From positions 34,968,001-35,032,000 of the forward strand of contig OZ076411.1 in NCBI GenBank assembly GCA_964187785.1: a DNA stretch of 64,000 bases. Direction: 5' to 3'. Every line of letters begins with the position of its first letter. The stretch's first letter is position 1. Made by a program: the position numbers and the translations under genes. Positions 19,723 to 33,601 of this stretch are shown here, one piece after another. Source of the stretch: Amphiscolops sp. MND2022. Lineage: Eukaryota. The notes beneath the pieces are model-generated. The model had not been told where the DNA came from and ran no database searches. It worked only from the letters and a program-made list of their open reading frames with translations.

Positions 19723-22700
19723 ACCAACCGGGAATTTTCGAAATATAAAAGTTTATATCTGCACTTTGAAGGTGAGGAGTTCATAAGGTTTTTGTTTCAG
19801 ATGTTGTATGCATGTTTTTGTTCTAGAGGCGTACCATACTTAAGGAGTGAGAACAACCTTTGACAATTTGACTTCGTTTGAAGGTGACGATTCAAATTGG
19901 TGCAAAAGTTTCCGTTTAAAATGACTGACATATTGTTCAAGTTATTACTGACAATTATTCTACTTTTTACTAATTTTTCGTATCTGCCATAGCTTTTTGA
20001 AAAATTTGTGTTCTTCAACTTGAGTAATTCGAAGTTGAAAACTTTTTGGAATTGAAGCGTCAATCTTAAAAGTTTGTCAATGAGTTGTGAACAAACAATG
20101 GCGGATGTTTGAACCAGGAGTGACGAAGTTTTGAAAAGTCAAGGTTATAGTTCGAGTCGAGTTCATTTTCAACAAAAGTGACTAGCAAAGTGGAAACAAA
20201 GAATTTGTTCTGCATTGAAGTGTTTCAAACTTTTTGAAAAGTTAGTGTAAAACTGTGGAGTTTTCTATGTTGTGTAAATTTTGTATCATGGGAAGGACTT
20301 TTGTACTGTAAAAAGAAAGTAGGATAAGATTGTATTACGCTCAATTTTACGGGTGATTAAATAGTTGTAGGTTTTACACAAGAACATGGGGTATAAAGAT
20401 TAAAAAGTTACTATGAGATAACTAGACTTTTGCGGTTACAGGATTATAATGCGGGTATGAAGACACAATTATTATGAGGGTTTACTTATACTAGCACTAG
20501 CAAATGAGTTACTTAGAGATTACAATTAGGTTTACAATGGTTAAATAAGATTACAAGTTTGTATTATTGAGGTTACAAGTGGTCAAAATTGAAACTATTA
20601 TGAGGGTGTATTAAAGAATTAAGATTAAAGTTCAAAATATTACACGAGTCAGTTCAAGTTTGAAACATTTACATCCTAGTTGATTTCTGAGTTTGAAGAC
20701 GGGTATGACCAGTGACCAAACGAGTGGTGAAGAAGACCAGTGACGTGATGAAAAAGACCAATGACGTGATGAAGAAGAGCAGTGATCATTGGGTTGAGAG
20801 TGGAGACCAGTTGAGTGGGTTGTGACCAGCAGTTGACCGGAAGTGACGAAGCAAGTGACGATTGGTTGAAGACTAATGACGATGGATGATGGTGACCAAT
20901 CGAAAAGAATGTGCGGCAAAGCAGTGAAGCAGTTTGCTTGTGTGGAGGTTTGGAGGAGAAGTGAAGAAATTTCATTTCAACTACGTTCATCAAAGGAGGC
21001 TAAAGGGTTGTCAAGCAGTGAAATGAAGAGAGACTGTAAAGTGATTTCAAAAGTTTGTAGAACGGATGTTGTTGTGGAGGATGAATTTGTTGAATTTGCT
21101 TGCGGATCGGATCATAGATTTCCAATTTTTGGGAATAATCAAAATCAAGCATCATTGCGTTGAAGGCTGAGCAAGCCTCGTCTATAGCAACGCGGAAATA
21201 GTTGTCTTTTGTTGTAAATAAGGAATTTAGGACAAAAACCGTGTCCGATACAGTTTCACAAGTGGGTATTTTTGGGCCGTCCAAATGAATGCGAGCCTGC
21301 AGTCCGGAATTGATTTGCTTCTTTTTGATTTTGCAAACATCATACAAAACCTTAAGAGAGGATCATTTGGAAGAACCTGTTACTTTATCGTTGTTGATTT
21401 CGAGTGATAATATAAAAGCCAGTATATGGAAGATCGCAACTTTTAAGTTGAGCATCTGTAGTAGAGAGAAATTTGCTTTTGTTTTTACGATCTTGAGGAG
21501 GAGTCATTTTGATAGAAATCTTGACAGAACAACGATGTGACAGTAAATGGAAAAGTTTGGGAGAAATCTTAAAAGAACGACGTGACAGTGGTAGGAGTTA
21601 ACCAAGGAGGCAAAGTTGAAGGAGGTGGAGGAATTGAAGTTTCTAAAACAAGAAGAATCTGAGAACAGAAATATTCTTCATTTTATTCAACATTTTGTGC
21701 TATGAAGATTATGTGCTGTATATTGTTTTGTTTGGGGGCTAATATTTATTCCAGTTTCAGAAAGTAGAAACATTTTTGAATATAAAATAAGAGGAGTATT
21801 GCATGTACCATAAGTTTAGAGAGTGAAATAAATGTAGCAGAGGGTGACAGAGAAGAACATAAAAATGTTACCTGTTTTCATGTATGATCCAAGTGTCTAT
21901 TATTGTTCTCTAGGAGGCAAGATTAAAAAATTTGTTTTACCTGTGTGGAGATTTAATGAAGATTAGTTGAGTTCAAAAAAGTAGTCATAGAATCGAGAGC
22001 AGATTGTTTTCCTTGTGATGATTGTGTAATACGTTGTGAGTCTAAATCGAGTGATTGTAAAAGTTTGTGTGATCTGTCATAGCAGTGTATGAGGTGTGCG
22101 AGAGTGGTGATAAGAGAGTCAGATGGGTTGCTTTTGAATGGGTCTAAGTATGTAAGATTGCGAATAGTACGATTTTATAGAAGACAAGAATGTTTTTAGG
22201 AGTATTGCGGACAGGTGATGTATGTTCAATAGGTGGAGGTTTATGTTCAAATTTGTTTTCATCTTGTACCATATAAGAAATGAATTCGGCAGAAATGAAA
22301 AGAAATTGGTTATCAAAATGTGGTTGTTTTGAGAAAGCAGTATAATAGGATGTATCTTTGTCTGTTAGCGGGGAGGAAACAAAATGTTTGATAACAGCCA
22401 GAGGTTTCACATTTTGTGTCGGAATGTTGCAGGGAAACAAAAACATGTTTCAAATGTATGAGATATTCTTAAGGTACAATAAGTGGACGTGATGTATCAT
22501 TGTGGAAGTAAACAGAAATACTGTTTAATTGGATCATAGTTACGTAAATAGCCAGTTGTTCGAGAATGATCTAGTGTATATTATAAGTTTGTGATTGTGA
22601 ACGGTGAAGTGTACATGTAATTGGCGAAATTGCAGTTCTGTGGTTTAGTGTGTTGAAGAAATTTAGTGTATGTTTGATGATGAGTACTTTTTTGTGCAAT

Positions 22701-23989
22701 TGAGAAAAGAAAGGATCAGTTTTATCCGTTTTCATATCGCAGATGGATGAGCGAAGAAAATTAAACTTTAGAGAAAAATTTTTACACCATTTTTAAGCCA
22801 CTATTGATAGGGAGACGTTATTTTTGAAGCATTGGATGTAAAGAAATCCTAATTTTTGTCAAATAAGCGAAAAGTATAGTCAGTTGGATGCATATAAAGG
22901 AAAGTCATTTGTGCTTTGAACCTGAATCTGTTATGTGAGGGGATTGGTATGAGATGGTCATCACAATTTGTAGAAAGTGAATGTTTGGAAGCTAAAATAG
23001 GTGGATATATAGGTGAAGAGAGGAGCATACGATCTTTCATGATCTCATATTTTTTCCGGTGGTAGTGGTGGTAATTCATGTGAGTTATCTGGAGGATATT
23101 GATCTTTTGAAGAAATGGTATAGCAGAATTGTTAAAAAGAGGTTGTGTTGTGAGATCAGAAGGAAATTGTTCTAGTTGTGTTTGAAGATCAATTTTTTGA
23201 AGATCAAGCTGTGCTTGTGTCATTTTGAAATTGTTCTGTGAAAAAAAATTATCACACTAACGAGTGGCTTTATCAACTTTGGTTGGTGTTGGTGCCAACA
23301 CAGGAACTTTTAATTTAGGATTTTGAGGACGATTAGTAGTTGTTTGTATGACGGAATTTATTTCGAGTGGAGGAAGGAGCTGAATTTTGAAATTCTTTTC
23401 AAGTTACTAGAGAAGGAAAAGTTATATCTGAGTAAAAAGGAAGTTGTTTTTCAAATTATTTTTTTTCCAAGTGGCAGTCAAGTGTTCTGTACGAATGGTA
23501 TGAGGCAGTATGACTGGAGTGTAAAAAGATGGCGGAATAAAAGGGTCATTTGTTCTGGAATTATTTTTGACAGGTCTTTCATTGTCAATATTGCCAAAAG
23601 TGGTGTCAAAAGGATAATCATTTGGATTTGTATTGACAGTTGATTAATTTGGTAATGTTGGATTTTGTACTGTTGATGGTTGAAGTGTGGAAGTATTGTG
23701 ATTAGTTTTGTGATGAAGGGATTGTTTTTGTTTTAGAAGGATTTAAATCGTGTCCTTGTGTTAAGTCTAGTTGGACGTTTTGTATAAAAAGGTGGTGGTG
23801 AAATAATATCTAAGGGGTTGACAGTTATGTTTGTCAGAGGAAAAGATTCAGAACCTCTAAGTGCTAATTTGGGTTTGTTATAGTGAATTTCATTGAGGTC
23901 ATTTACCATCTCAGATTATTAAAGAAACCATGTGCTATAGAACTAAATAGGGTCATAGTTTGTTTGAGATTATATTCAATGGAAATTGT

Positions 23990-25345
23990 TTCATGGAGTT
24001 TGACTATGAGAGTAATAGTTGAGAGAAACATATATTCGACATTGAGTTAGAATGAAACATGGGTATCCAAATATTGCGATAAAAGCATCAGAAAACCATG
24101 TAGGTGTAGAAAGAGGAGTTAGATTGATTAGTTTGTCTTGTAAACCAAAACGTAATGTATTATAGGGATTTTCATGAGGTGAGTTTGCATCATAGTCAGG
24201 TGTATTAGAAGAAACAAAGGAATATCTAAGAGCTTTTCCTAAGAACTGGAGGGTCAAGTCAAAATGTTTCGAAAATATAATTCTGTTCCAGAACTGATTT
24301 CATTCAGCATTAGAATATATTCCAGCATCTTGAGCTGTGAAAGTATTTGGGCGTATTGTAGTTTCGATTTGAGATGGTGTGATCATTAATGGCGGTTTTC
24401 TACTAATAGGTTATGGTCCAAGAATGTAAAAATCTTGATCAACAGAGTCAGGATCTAGTTCAAAAACATTACGAGGATTATTATCACAAGCAATAGGAGT
24501 AGCATAGTCAAAAATTTGTTTTGTAATTGGGTGAACATACATGAGAGTATATTTAAAATGTATTGGTATACAATCGGAGCATCGATCCACTTTGTATAAC
24601 GGAGAGAGAAAATGTGGACAGTCGTAAAACCAAGCTGTTGAGCCTTCGACATATGAGAAATTACTACGGTTTCCTGTTAAGAGGAATCTGGCAAGTTGAG
24701 GATTTTGTACTGACATTGCAAGTATTGTAAAAAGTTCATTTCGTTCTACTTCACAAACTGTATGAAGGGTGTTTGTTATCAACTACTGAATTTGTTATTA
24801 GAGGTATTTAATACAATTTTGGCAGAGATATATTCGTTGATTATAGATTGAGGATTTGGTTGTCCTGTATGCATATTAAAACCATCTGTATATGTTACGG
24901 AAAGGTCAGAGTATTGTGTTGAATATAGAGGTTGGGGTTTACTACAAAAGGTTTGCGCATTTGGAAATATTTCAAAGCGTGAAAAACTAGGATTATGTGA
25001 ATTTTGTGTGTGTGGAGCATGTACATAAAGTATGAAGATCCTTCAATACCAGAAATTTTTTTAAGTTTTGATGGGTGTGAAGAATGTACAAAAGAATTTA
25101 ATTCAATCCAAAATCAATATACTATTTCAGTCATTCGTCCAATAAAGTCTTGTAATGTAAATATTAGGCAAAAACCATCGCTAAACCAAACGAGAGTAAA
25201 AGGAGTCTTTGAGGTTGGTTTACAGAAAACATCTGCAAAATAGCATGGAATATTGTGTCCGTCAATAAGTATGACGTTTTCTGTATCATCGTAAGTTAGT
25301 TCATTTTCAGAAACTTCTAATCGCCAACTAACAAGGTTGACTTCA
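23990..25345 (-). pseudogene. env: Envelope glycoprotein remnant, class III fusion-protein-like (copy B)
   Basis: IDGHNIPCYFADGFCKPT.KTPFTLVWF; VCEVERNELFTILAMSVQNPQLA..LLTG..GSTAWFYDC..RC.D.IPIHF....YVHPIT....ATPIAC; C-terminal hydrophobic FSDAFIAIFGYPCFILTQC. Broken by stops and frameshifts. Confidence 0.7.
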
Positions 25346-27270
25346 AATTGATGATGAGCAGGACAGTCGTGATAGGGGTTTTTTGATGGTCATGAATCTA
25401 ATCTTCACCTGCAGGCATAAAATTGAAGGTGCCTGTGTACAATTTGGTTGAATGAAATACAGTAAAAAGGAAATTGATATTGTTCTAATTTCTCTTGGAA
25501 GTAATGATATTCCAAAAGTGTGAAAGTTTTTTGTATTGTAGATTGTTCGATTTTTTGTTATTTGTACAATTAAGATAAGGATAAGTACCATAAGATAATA
25601 GGATGTATCTTTGTCTGTTAGCGGGGAGGAAACAAAATGTTTAATAACAGCCAGAGGTTTCACAATTTGTGTCGGAATGTTGCAGGGAAACAAAAAATTA
25701 TTTTAAATGTTTGAGATATTCTTAAGGTACAATAAGTGGACGTGATGTATCATTGTGTGGAAGTAAACAGAAATACTGTTTAATTGGATCATAGTTACGT
25801 AAATAGCCAGTTGTTCGAGAATGATCTAGTGTATATTATAAGTGTGTGATTGTGAACGGTGAAGTGTACATGTAATTGGCGAAATTGTAGTTCTGTGGTT
25901 TAGTGTGTTGAAGAAATTTAGTGTATGTTTGATGATGAGTACTTTTTTGTGCAATTGAGAAAAAGAAAGGATCAGTTTTATCCGTTTTCATATCGCAGAT
26001 GGATGAGCGAAGAAAATTAAACTTTAGAGAAAAATTTTTACACCATTTTTAAGCCAATATTGATAGGGAGACGTTATTTTTGAAGCATTGGATGTAAAGA
26101 AATCCTAATTTTTGTCAAATAAGCGAAAAGTATAGTCAGTTGGATGCATATAAAGGGAAGTCATTTGTGCTTTGAACATGAATCTGTTATGTGAGGGGAT
26201 TGGTATGAGATGGTCATCACAATTTGTAGAAAGTGAATGTTTGGAAGCTAAAATAGGTGGATATATAGGTGAAGAGAGGAGTATACGATCTTTCATGATC
26301 TCATATTTTTTCCGGTGGTAGTGGTGGTAATTCATGTGAGTTATCTGGAGGAGTTTGATCTTTTGAAGAAATGGTATAGCAGAGTTGTTAAAAAGAGGTT
26401 GTGTTGTGAGATCAGAAGGAATTTGTTCTAGTTGTGTTTGAAGATCAAGTTTTTGAAGATCAAGCTGTGCTTGTGTCATTTTGAAATTGTTCTGTGAAAA
26501 GAAAAACATCACACTAACGAGTGGCTTTATCAACTTTGGTTGGTGTTGGTGCCAACACACGAACTTTTAATTTAGGATTTTGAGGACGATTAATAGTTGT
26601 TTCTATGACGGAATTTATTTCGAGTGGAGGAAGGAGCTGAATTTTGAAATTCTTTTCAAGTTACTAGAGAAGGAAAAGTTATATCTGAGTAAAAAGGAAG
26701 TTGTTTTTCAAATATTTTTTTTCCAAGTGGCAGTCAAGTGTTCTGTAGGAATGGTATGAGGCAGTATGACTGGAGTGTAAAAAGATGGCGTAATAAAAGG
26801 GTCATTTGTTCTGGAATTATTTTTGACAGGTCTTTCATGGTCAATATTGCCAAAAGTGGTGTCAAAAGGATAATCATTTGGATTTGTATTGACAGTTGAT
26901 TAATTTGGTAATGTTGGATTTTGTACTAGTGATGGTTGAAGTGTGGAAGTATTGTGATTAGTTTTGTGATGAAGGGATTGTTTTCGTTTTAGAAGGATTT
27001 AAATCGTGTCATTGTGTTAAGTCTAGTTGGACGTTTTGTACAAAAAGGTGGTGGTGAAATAATATCTAAGGGGTTGACAGTTATGTTTGTCAGAGGAAAA
27101 GATTCAGAACCTTTAAGTGCTAGTTTGGGTTTGTTATAGTGAATATCATTGAGGTCATTTACCATCTCAGAATATTAAAGAAACCATGTGCTATAGAACT
27201 AAATAGGGTCATAGTTTGTTTGAGATTATATTCAATGGAAATTGTTTCATGGAGTTTGACTATGAGAGAA

Positions 27271-28560
27271 TTAGTTGAGAGAAACATATATTCCACATTG
27301 AGTTGTAGGTGTAGAAAGAGGAATTAGATTGATTAGTTTGTCTTGTAAACCAAAACGTAATGTATTATAGGGATTTTCATGAGGTGAGTTTGCATCATAG
27401 TCAGGTGTATTAGAAGAAACAAAGGAATAACTAAGAGCTTTTCCTAAGAACTGGAGGGTCAAGTCAAAATGTTTCGAAAATATAATTCTGTTCCAGAATT
27501 GATTTCATTCAGCATTAGAATATATTCCAGCATCTTGAGCTGTGAAAGTATTTGGGCGTATTGTAGTTTCGATTTGAGATGGTGTGATCATGAATGGCGG
27601 TTTTCTACTAATAGGTTATGGTCCAAGAATGTAAAAATCTTGATCACCAGAGTCAGGATCTAGTTCAAAAACATTACGAGGATTATTATCTCAAGCAATA
27701 GGAGTAGCATAGTCAAAAATTTGTTTTGTTATTGGGTGAACATACATGAGAGTAAATTTAAAATGTATTGGTATACAATCGGAGCATCGATCCTCTTTGT
27801 ATAACGGAGAGAGAAAATGTGGACAGTCGTAAAACCAAGCTGTTGATCCTTCGACATATGAAAAATTACTACGGTTTCCTGTTAAGAGGATTCCGGCAAG
27901 TTGAGGATTTTGTACTGACATTGCGAGTATTGTAAGAAGTTCATTTCGTTCTACTTCACAAACTGTATGAAGGGTGTTTGTTATCAACTAATGAATTTGT
28001 TATTAGAGGTATTTAATACAATTTTGCCAGAGATATTTTCGTTGATTATAGATTGAGGATTTGGTTGTCCTGTATGCACATTAAAACCATCTGTATATGT
28101 TACGGAAAGGTCAGAGAATTGTGTTGATCATAGAGGTTGGGGTTTACCACAAAAAGTTTGCGCATTTGGAAATATTTCAAAGCGTGAAAAACTAGGATTA
28201 TGTGGATTTTGTGTGTCTGGAGCATGTACATAAAGTATGAAGATCCTTCAATACCAGAAATTTTTTTAAGTTTTGATAGGTGTGAAGAATGTACAAAAGA
28301 ATTTAATTCAATCCAAAATCAATATACTATTTCAGTCATTCGTCCAATAAAGTCTTGTAATGTAAATATTAGGCAAAAACCATCGCTAAACCAAACGAGA
28401 GTAAAAGGAGTCTTTGAGGTTGGTTTACAGAAACCATCTGCAAAATAGCATGGAATATTGTGTCCGTCAATAATTATGACGTTTTCTGTATCATCGTAAG
28501 TTAGTTCATTTTCAGAACTTTCTAATCGCCAATTAACAAGGTTGACTTCAAATTGATGAT
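27271..28560 (-). pseudogene. env: Envelope glycoprotein remnant (copy A)
   Basis: Near-identical motifs to copy B (ORFs 27691..27987, 27271..27462). The segment encoding WFSDAFIAIFGYPCFIL is deleted. Confidence 0.7.
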
Positions 28561-31267
28561 GAGCAGGACAGTCGTGATAGGGGTTTTTTGATGGTCATAA
28601 ATCTAATCTTTACCTGCAGGCAAAAAATTGAAGGTGCCTGTGTACAATTTGGTTGAATGAAATACAGTAAAAAAAGGAAATTGATATTGTTCTAATTTCT
28701 CTTGGAAGTAATGATATTCCAAAAGTGTGAAAGTTTTTTTTGTAATGTAGATTGATTGATTTTTTTTGTTATTTGTACCATTAAGATAAGATGTCTGATA
28801 GTGTTTTTGCATTCAAGAGGTTCAAGTGTAACAAGGAGCGGCATTGTGTTATGATTCCATACAATTCTATCAACACGTCGATGTTTAACGGAACCTTGGA
28901 AACAACTTTATCTCTTTTTTTTAACGTAAGCAACACTAGTGTATGCTTTATTTCGTTTAACCTTTGCTTCAACATCGACTCGGGCTTTATCATTAGCGTG
29001 TTCTTTGTTAGACGTAGCTTCTGTGCATTGTTTTACGTTAATAAAAATGAATTGTCAAAGGTTATGTTTTTTTCCACAACCATAGTGAGAATTCATAAGG
29101 TTTGTAAATTTTGGGTCATCTGATCGGAGGTAATTTTCTGTATTAGTTGGTGTTACATGGATAGTGGATGTGAAAGTGAGGATGAATGAATATAGTATGA
29201 GATTTGTTATATAAAGGAAAGTATGTAATGTAAAAGGACGTTGTACACTTAGGACTTGAGTATGGATTGTAAAATACGATTCTGCCATATGCTAAAGTTG
29301 GAAGTTTTTTCTCAGATTCTATATGAGTGACTTCGAATGGAGCAGGAGTAGTTTTGTGTTCTATTTTTAAACTTGAAGTACTGGATGAGAATTCAAACGT
29401 TGAACTTGAATTTACCTTCAAATTTTAATTCTTTAGTTAAAAGTTTGAAGGCGTTTGAATTCTGTTTCTTTTTTGTTCGATAATAAATCGTTAGTTGTGA
29501 TAAAGCGTTCTGTAAGAATTGGAAAGCGTGGATCAATTTTGGATCGTATGTAGCAATACCGTCAACTCTTATTGGATAGTCTGCAAAATTTGGAGTTGCA
29601 GGTCGAGAATGTAATATTCAGGTAGTCTAACATGTGAGGGAACAGGAGTAGGTATCAATACTTCAGAAAAGTCATTTCCTGAAAGAAATGCGGTTTGAGC
29701 GTCAGAACAAAGTTTTGAAGCAGTATCAATGCCAGATGTAAAATATGATTAAGGAACAAGTTCAGAACAATGTGTATCAGAAGATAGAGGTTGTGCTTGT
29801 TGTCTTGGAAGTCTTATTGCAGAATTGCTTGAAAGCGCAGAAAAATTGAATGTTTAAGTATTTGTACTTCGTGTAGGAAGGTTTCGAAGGTTATATCTCT
29901 GATGAGGAACAAAAAGTGAGCTTGTAGAGATTCTGGTCATGGTGTATATTCAGAAGAATCTTCTTAGAGATTTGATAGAGATGTAGATGATTTTTCAAAA
30001 GGTTCTAGTAAAAGATTTATATTTGAAGTTGTTCTGTTTAATTCCGATGGGAGTTGTAATGAAGGTATTGGTGTATAATCAGTATCAGGAATGCGGTCAA
30101 GATTTAGTTGAGGTTGAAGTCCAGCAGTGTTGATAGCTGTGGGTTGTTTATAAATTACGTATCTTTCAACAGATTCAGGGTTTGGTATATGTACTAAAGG
30201 AGTATGAGTTGGTGATGGTTGAGAACATGTAGTAACAGGAATTTCCAATATGGGTGGTCTACTTGTATGATATAAAGACGTAGATGCTACAGAAGAGGTA
30301 TCAGTAATTTGTGATTGTGGTCTTTTAGAAGGAGTTACAGGAGTTACATCACGAGTGTGTGAAGTATTGGTGGTTTGAGATTCAGAATTAGAATGTAGAC
30401 TTGAAGAAGGCGATGTATCAGAAGAAGAATCCAGGGTTGTAGTTTTGTGAAATAGAACTAAGTTCAGTGAGGGCTATGTGTTTGTTATTTCAATTTAACC
30501 AATACCATTTGGCGAAATGGAACCAGGTTCAGTTATGGCTATGTTTCAGTGTTGCCAATTTTCATTGAGCTGTTCCAGTGTTACCAACTTTCCTTGAGCT
30601 GCTCACGGTAGTGAATGATTGTTTCAATGTATTGAAGGTGGTATGAAAAGACCATAATCCTTTTTTGGTTGGTGTCTGAGACTATAATGAGTTTTAATGT
30701 TTCTGTTAAATGAGTTGTTAGGTAAAATAGAACTATTTTGAGATGGATGGCGTGGTTTGTTAATAGGTATTTCATTTTGATGGGTTTTAAATAGTAGTTT
30801 GAAAGATGAGTTGTCATTCGTTATGTTAGAGGAATTGTTTTTTGAGAAGAGATTTTTAGAAGATGAGAAGATGTAGTAGGTGGTATCAAGTGTTTTGACA
30901 GTTGAGGGGAAGTAGGATCATTTTATGATGGGTTTCTGTCAGATAGGGATTCATCAGAATTGAAAGGGGAAGAGTCACTATTTGCGTATTTACTTGGTTT
31001 TGGAATGTCATGATGTGTTGAGTCTGAAAAGCGCAAGAAATGCCGAACATGAGGGTACAGAAAGGTTCTTTTGGATAATAAGGGATTATGTGGTTTCTAT
31101 GAACGTGAAGTATGGAACCATCTTGTGAAAGGAGTTCATATGTAACATAGGATAATCTGTCGAGTATTTTTTAAGGTCCAATCCGGAAGGGTTTAAGTTT
31201 GTCAGAAAATTGAACGTCCGAAAAGTTATGTTTGAGTACAAAAGTACCAAGAGGAAGTGGTTTACCT

Positions 31268-32050
31268 TCACGACAGGTTTTTGTGATATATGCGTGAGAA
31301 TTTGTTTTTTTTTGCGTGAGGAGTATGTTCATCTACTGTAGAGTAAATTTGTAACATTGCGGTTTCCACTACAAGGAACCATTGGCGAATAGGTTTTGAA
31401 AGACTTTTGTAAAAGAACGGATTCAACTCCTTTTTACCATAATGTGAGTGTTCAGGCAGTTGAGAGCAATATTGTGAAATACACGTTTTGGATGTGTTTC
31501 GATTAAGGTTTAAATCAAAGGTAAGGGGGAATCGTGTATGGAAAACAATTTCATGAGGAGAAACATTGAGTTCTGAAAGAGGTTGTGAATTGTGTGCGTA
31601 GGCATACAAGTGGACTTGAAATGCCGAGTCTTTAGGAGTATTGTGGAGGAACATACGGCGATGAGTGGCAAGATTTCTGTTTTGTACTTCCAAAAGACCT
31701 TTTGTCCAAGGAGAACAAGCTGTTCTAGGAGAATGTCTGATTCCGATGAGTGTACAAAGTTGTGCCATATCGTTATTTATGTATTCTGATCCTCGATCTG
31801 TAACAAGGTGATTAAGTGGGCCAAATTTTGTAATCCAATGATGTAAAAGAGTTTTTACTGCGGTTTTAGCGTTATTTGATTTGATGGAGACTGTTCCAAC
31901 AAATTGACTGAAAGCGTCTATTATTACGTGATTATAGGATTTGAGTTGTGAAGGAGTTTTAATAGACCCTTTTGTATCCATAGAGATTCTATAATTTAAA
32001 AAAGGAGCATGTCCCGAAAAAAATTGTGTAGGAGCTAACTGTATTTTCAT
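31268..32050 (-). pseudogene. pol: Integrase core, copy 3
   Basis: ISMDTKG...HVIIDAFS...LVTDRGSEY...PWTKGLLEVQN gives the D,D(35)E pattern. Confidence 0.85.
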
Positions 32051-33601
32051 ATTGAAGTGTTTATTGCGTTGATAATCAAGACAATCGTGTATAAAATTGG
32101 ATAATTATTTTTCAGAATATAGTATAATGTAATATAGGGAGCAAGTATTTTAGGTGATTTTAATACCGGTGTGGGAGTGTTCATGAAGTTTGTTAAAGAC
32201 AGTTTTAAACATTCCAAAAGTGAGACAGAATCTAAAAGTATTGTGTTTTATCTTTGGAAGTGGATTGGGATGTGTTTCAGAAGAACAGATAGTTTTTGTG
32301 TATATTTGTATATAGGCTAATGAGGTTTGTAGAATCATCAAAAAAGTTGTTAGAAGCGTTTGTAATATGCATGGAGAAAAGGAGTGGTAACTATCAATGG
32401 TGTAATGAATTCAAGTTTTCCACTATGAGTTAACCAAGCGTAGACTGTTCTTAAAACAGGATCTTGAGATTGTTGTTGTTGAAGTGTTTTAAGGTCTAAG
32501 GAATAATCACCAGGAAGAAAAAAGCCTTGAAAATAATTTGGTATTTGAAAAAGGATGTATCGTAAAAGAGTATGATTTGTGAACAGTGTGTAGAAGGTTG
32601 AGAGTTTGTTTGTACATCTTTTGCACAAGTGGATTCTGGTATTGTAATGGATTTTGTTTTGTTTATAGTGGAGAAAGTTTCTTCAAGTAAAGTATTGTCA
32701 TTAGAAAAAGTGGATTCGGGTTTGGGAATTCTACAATATATATATGTTCTTCATCATCGCTTGTGATAACAGTATCACTGAGTAAAAGAGTTTGATGGTG
32801 AAGAGTTTTGTTGTGCTTGTTAATGGGTGTTTTGAATTTGGATTGAAAAGGAGTAACAGATATAAAGGAAAAAGAGTTTAGAGGTTTAACAACAATATCA
32901 TTGCCTTTGTCTTTTATGCGTATAGAAAATTGGTCTATACCATCATCGGCAAGTATTGGATGAGAGTCATGTTTTTGATGTGGTAGCACTTCTTCATGTT
33001 TAATTAGGTAATGCACGGTTTTGAGTGTATTATGTTGTAATATTGCAAAGTCAATTTGAGGTGGAAGTTGTTTTTGTTTCAATTGATTGATTTGTATTTC
33101 AGCTTTGGTAAAGGAACGACTTAACTTATCATCCACAGAGACTTTTGTTTTTTTTTGCATTTGAGCTTTGTAAAATAGTGGACTAAGGTTTCCTTTTTTG
33201 TAAAACAATGTAAGAGGGGTGTATGATCAGTGAAGATGTGTATCGGATGTGGAGATTCAATAATGAGAAATTCATAAATTTGAAGAGTATGTACTATACC
33301 AAGGAGTTCACGGTCGAGTGTGTATAGTTTCTGTTCTTGTGGATTCAATAAACGAGTGTTGTATGATATTATTGTCAATTTATTGTCTTCATTAAGTTGG
33401 AAAAGGACAGCGCCTAAACCAATAAGCGAAGCGTTTACAGTGATAAAAAAGGGTTGTTTTGTATTAGGAATAGTAAGTTCTGTTTAAGAAGTAAGAGAAG
33501 ATTTTGATATTTGAAAAAGACGTTCATGTTCTTCAGTCCAATCCCATGGAGCGTTTTCATGTGAAAGATCATAAAAGGTTTTAAAATTTTCGAGTAGTTT
33601 T

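Larger units (their letters stand above)
22342..28790 (-). repeat. Tandem duplication (~3.2-kb units) of env plus the downstream accessory region
   Basis: 22342-25596 and 25597-28790 are colinear (duplicate ORFs 22849..23223/26105..26560, 24411..24782/27691..27987, 23991..24257/27271..27462). The right-hand copy has a deletion near 27300. Confidence 0.9.
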
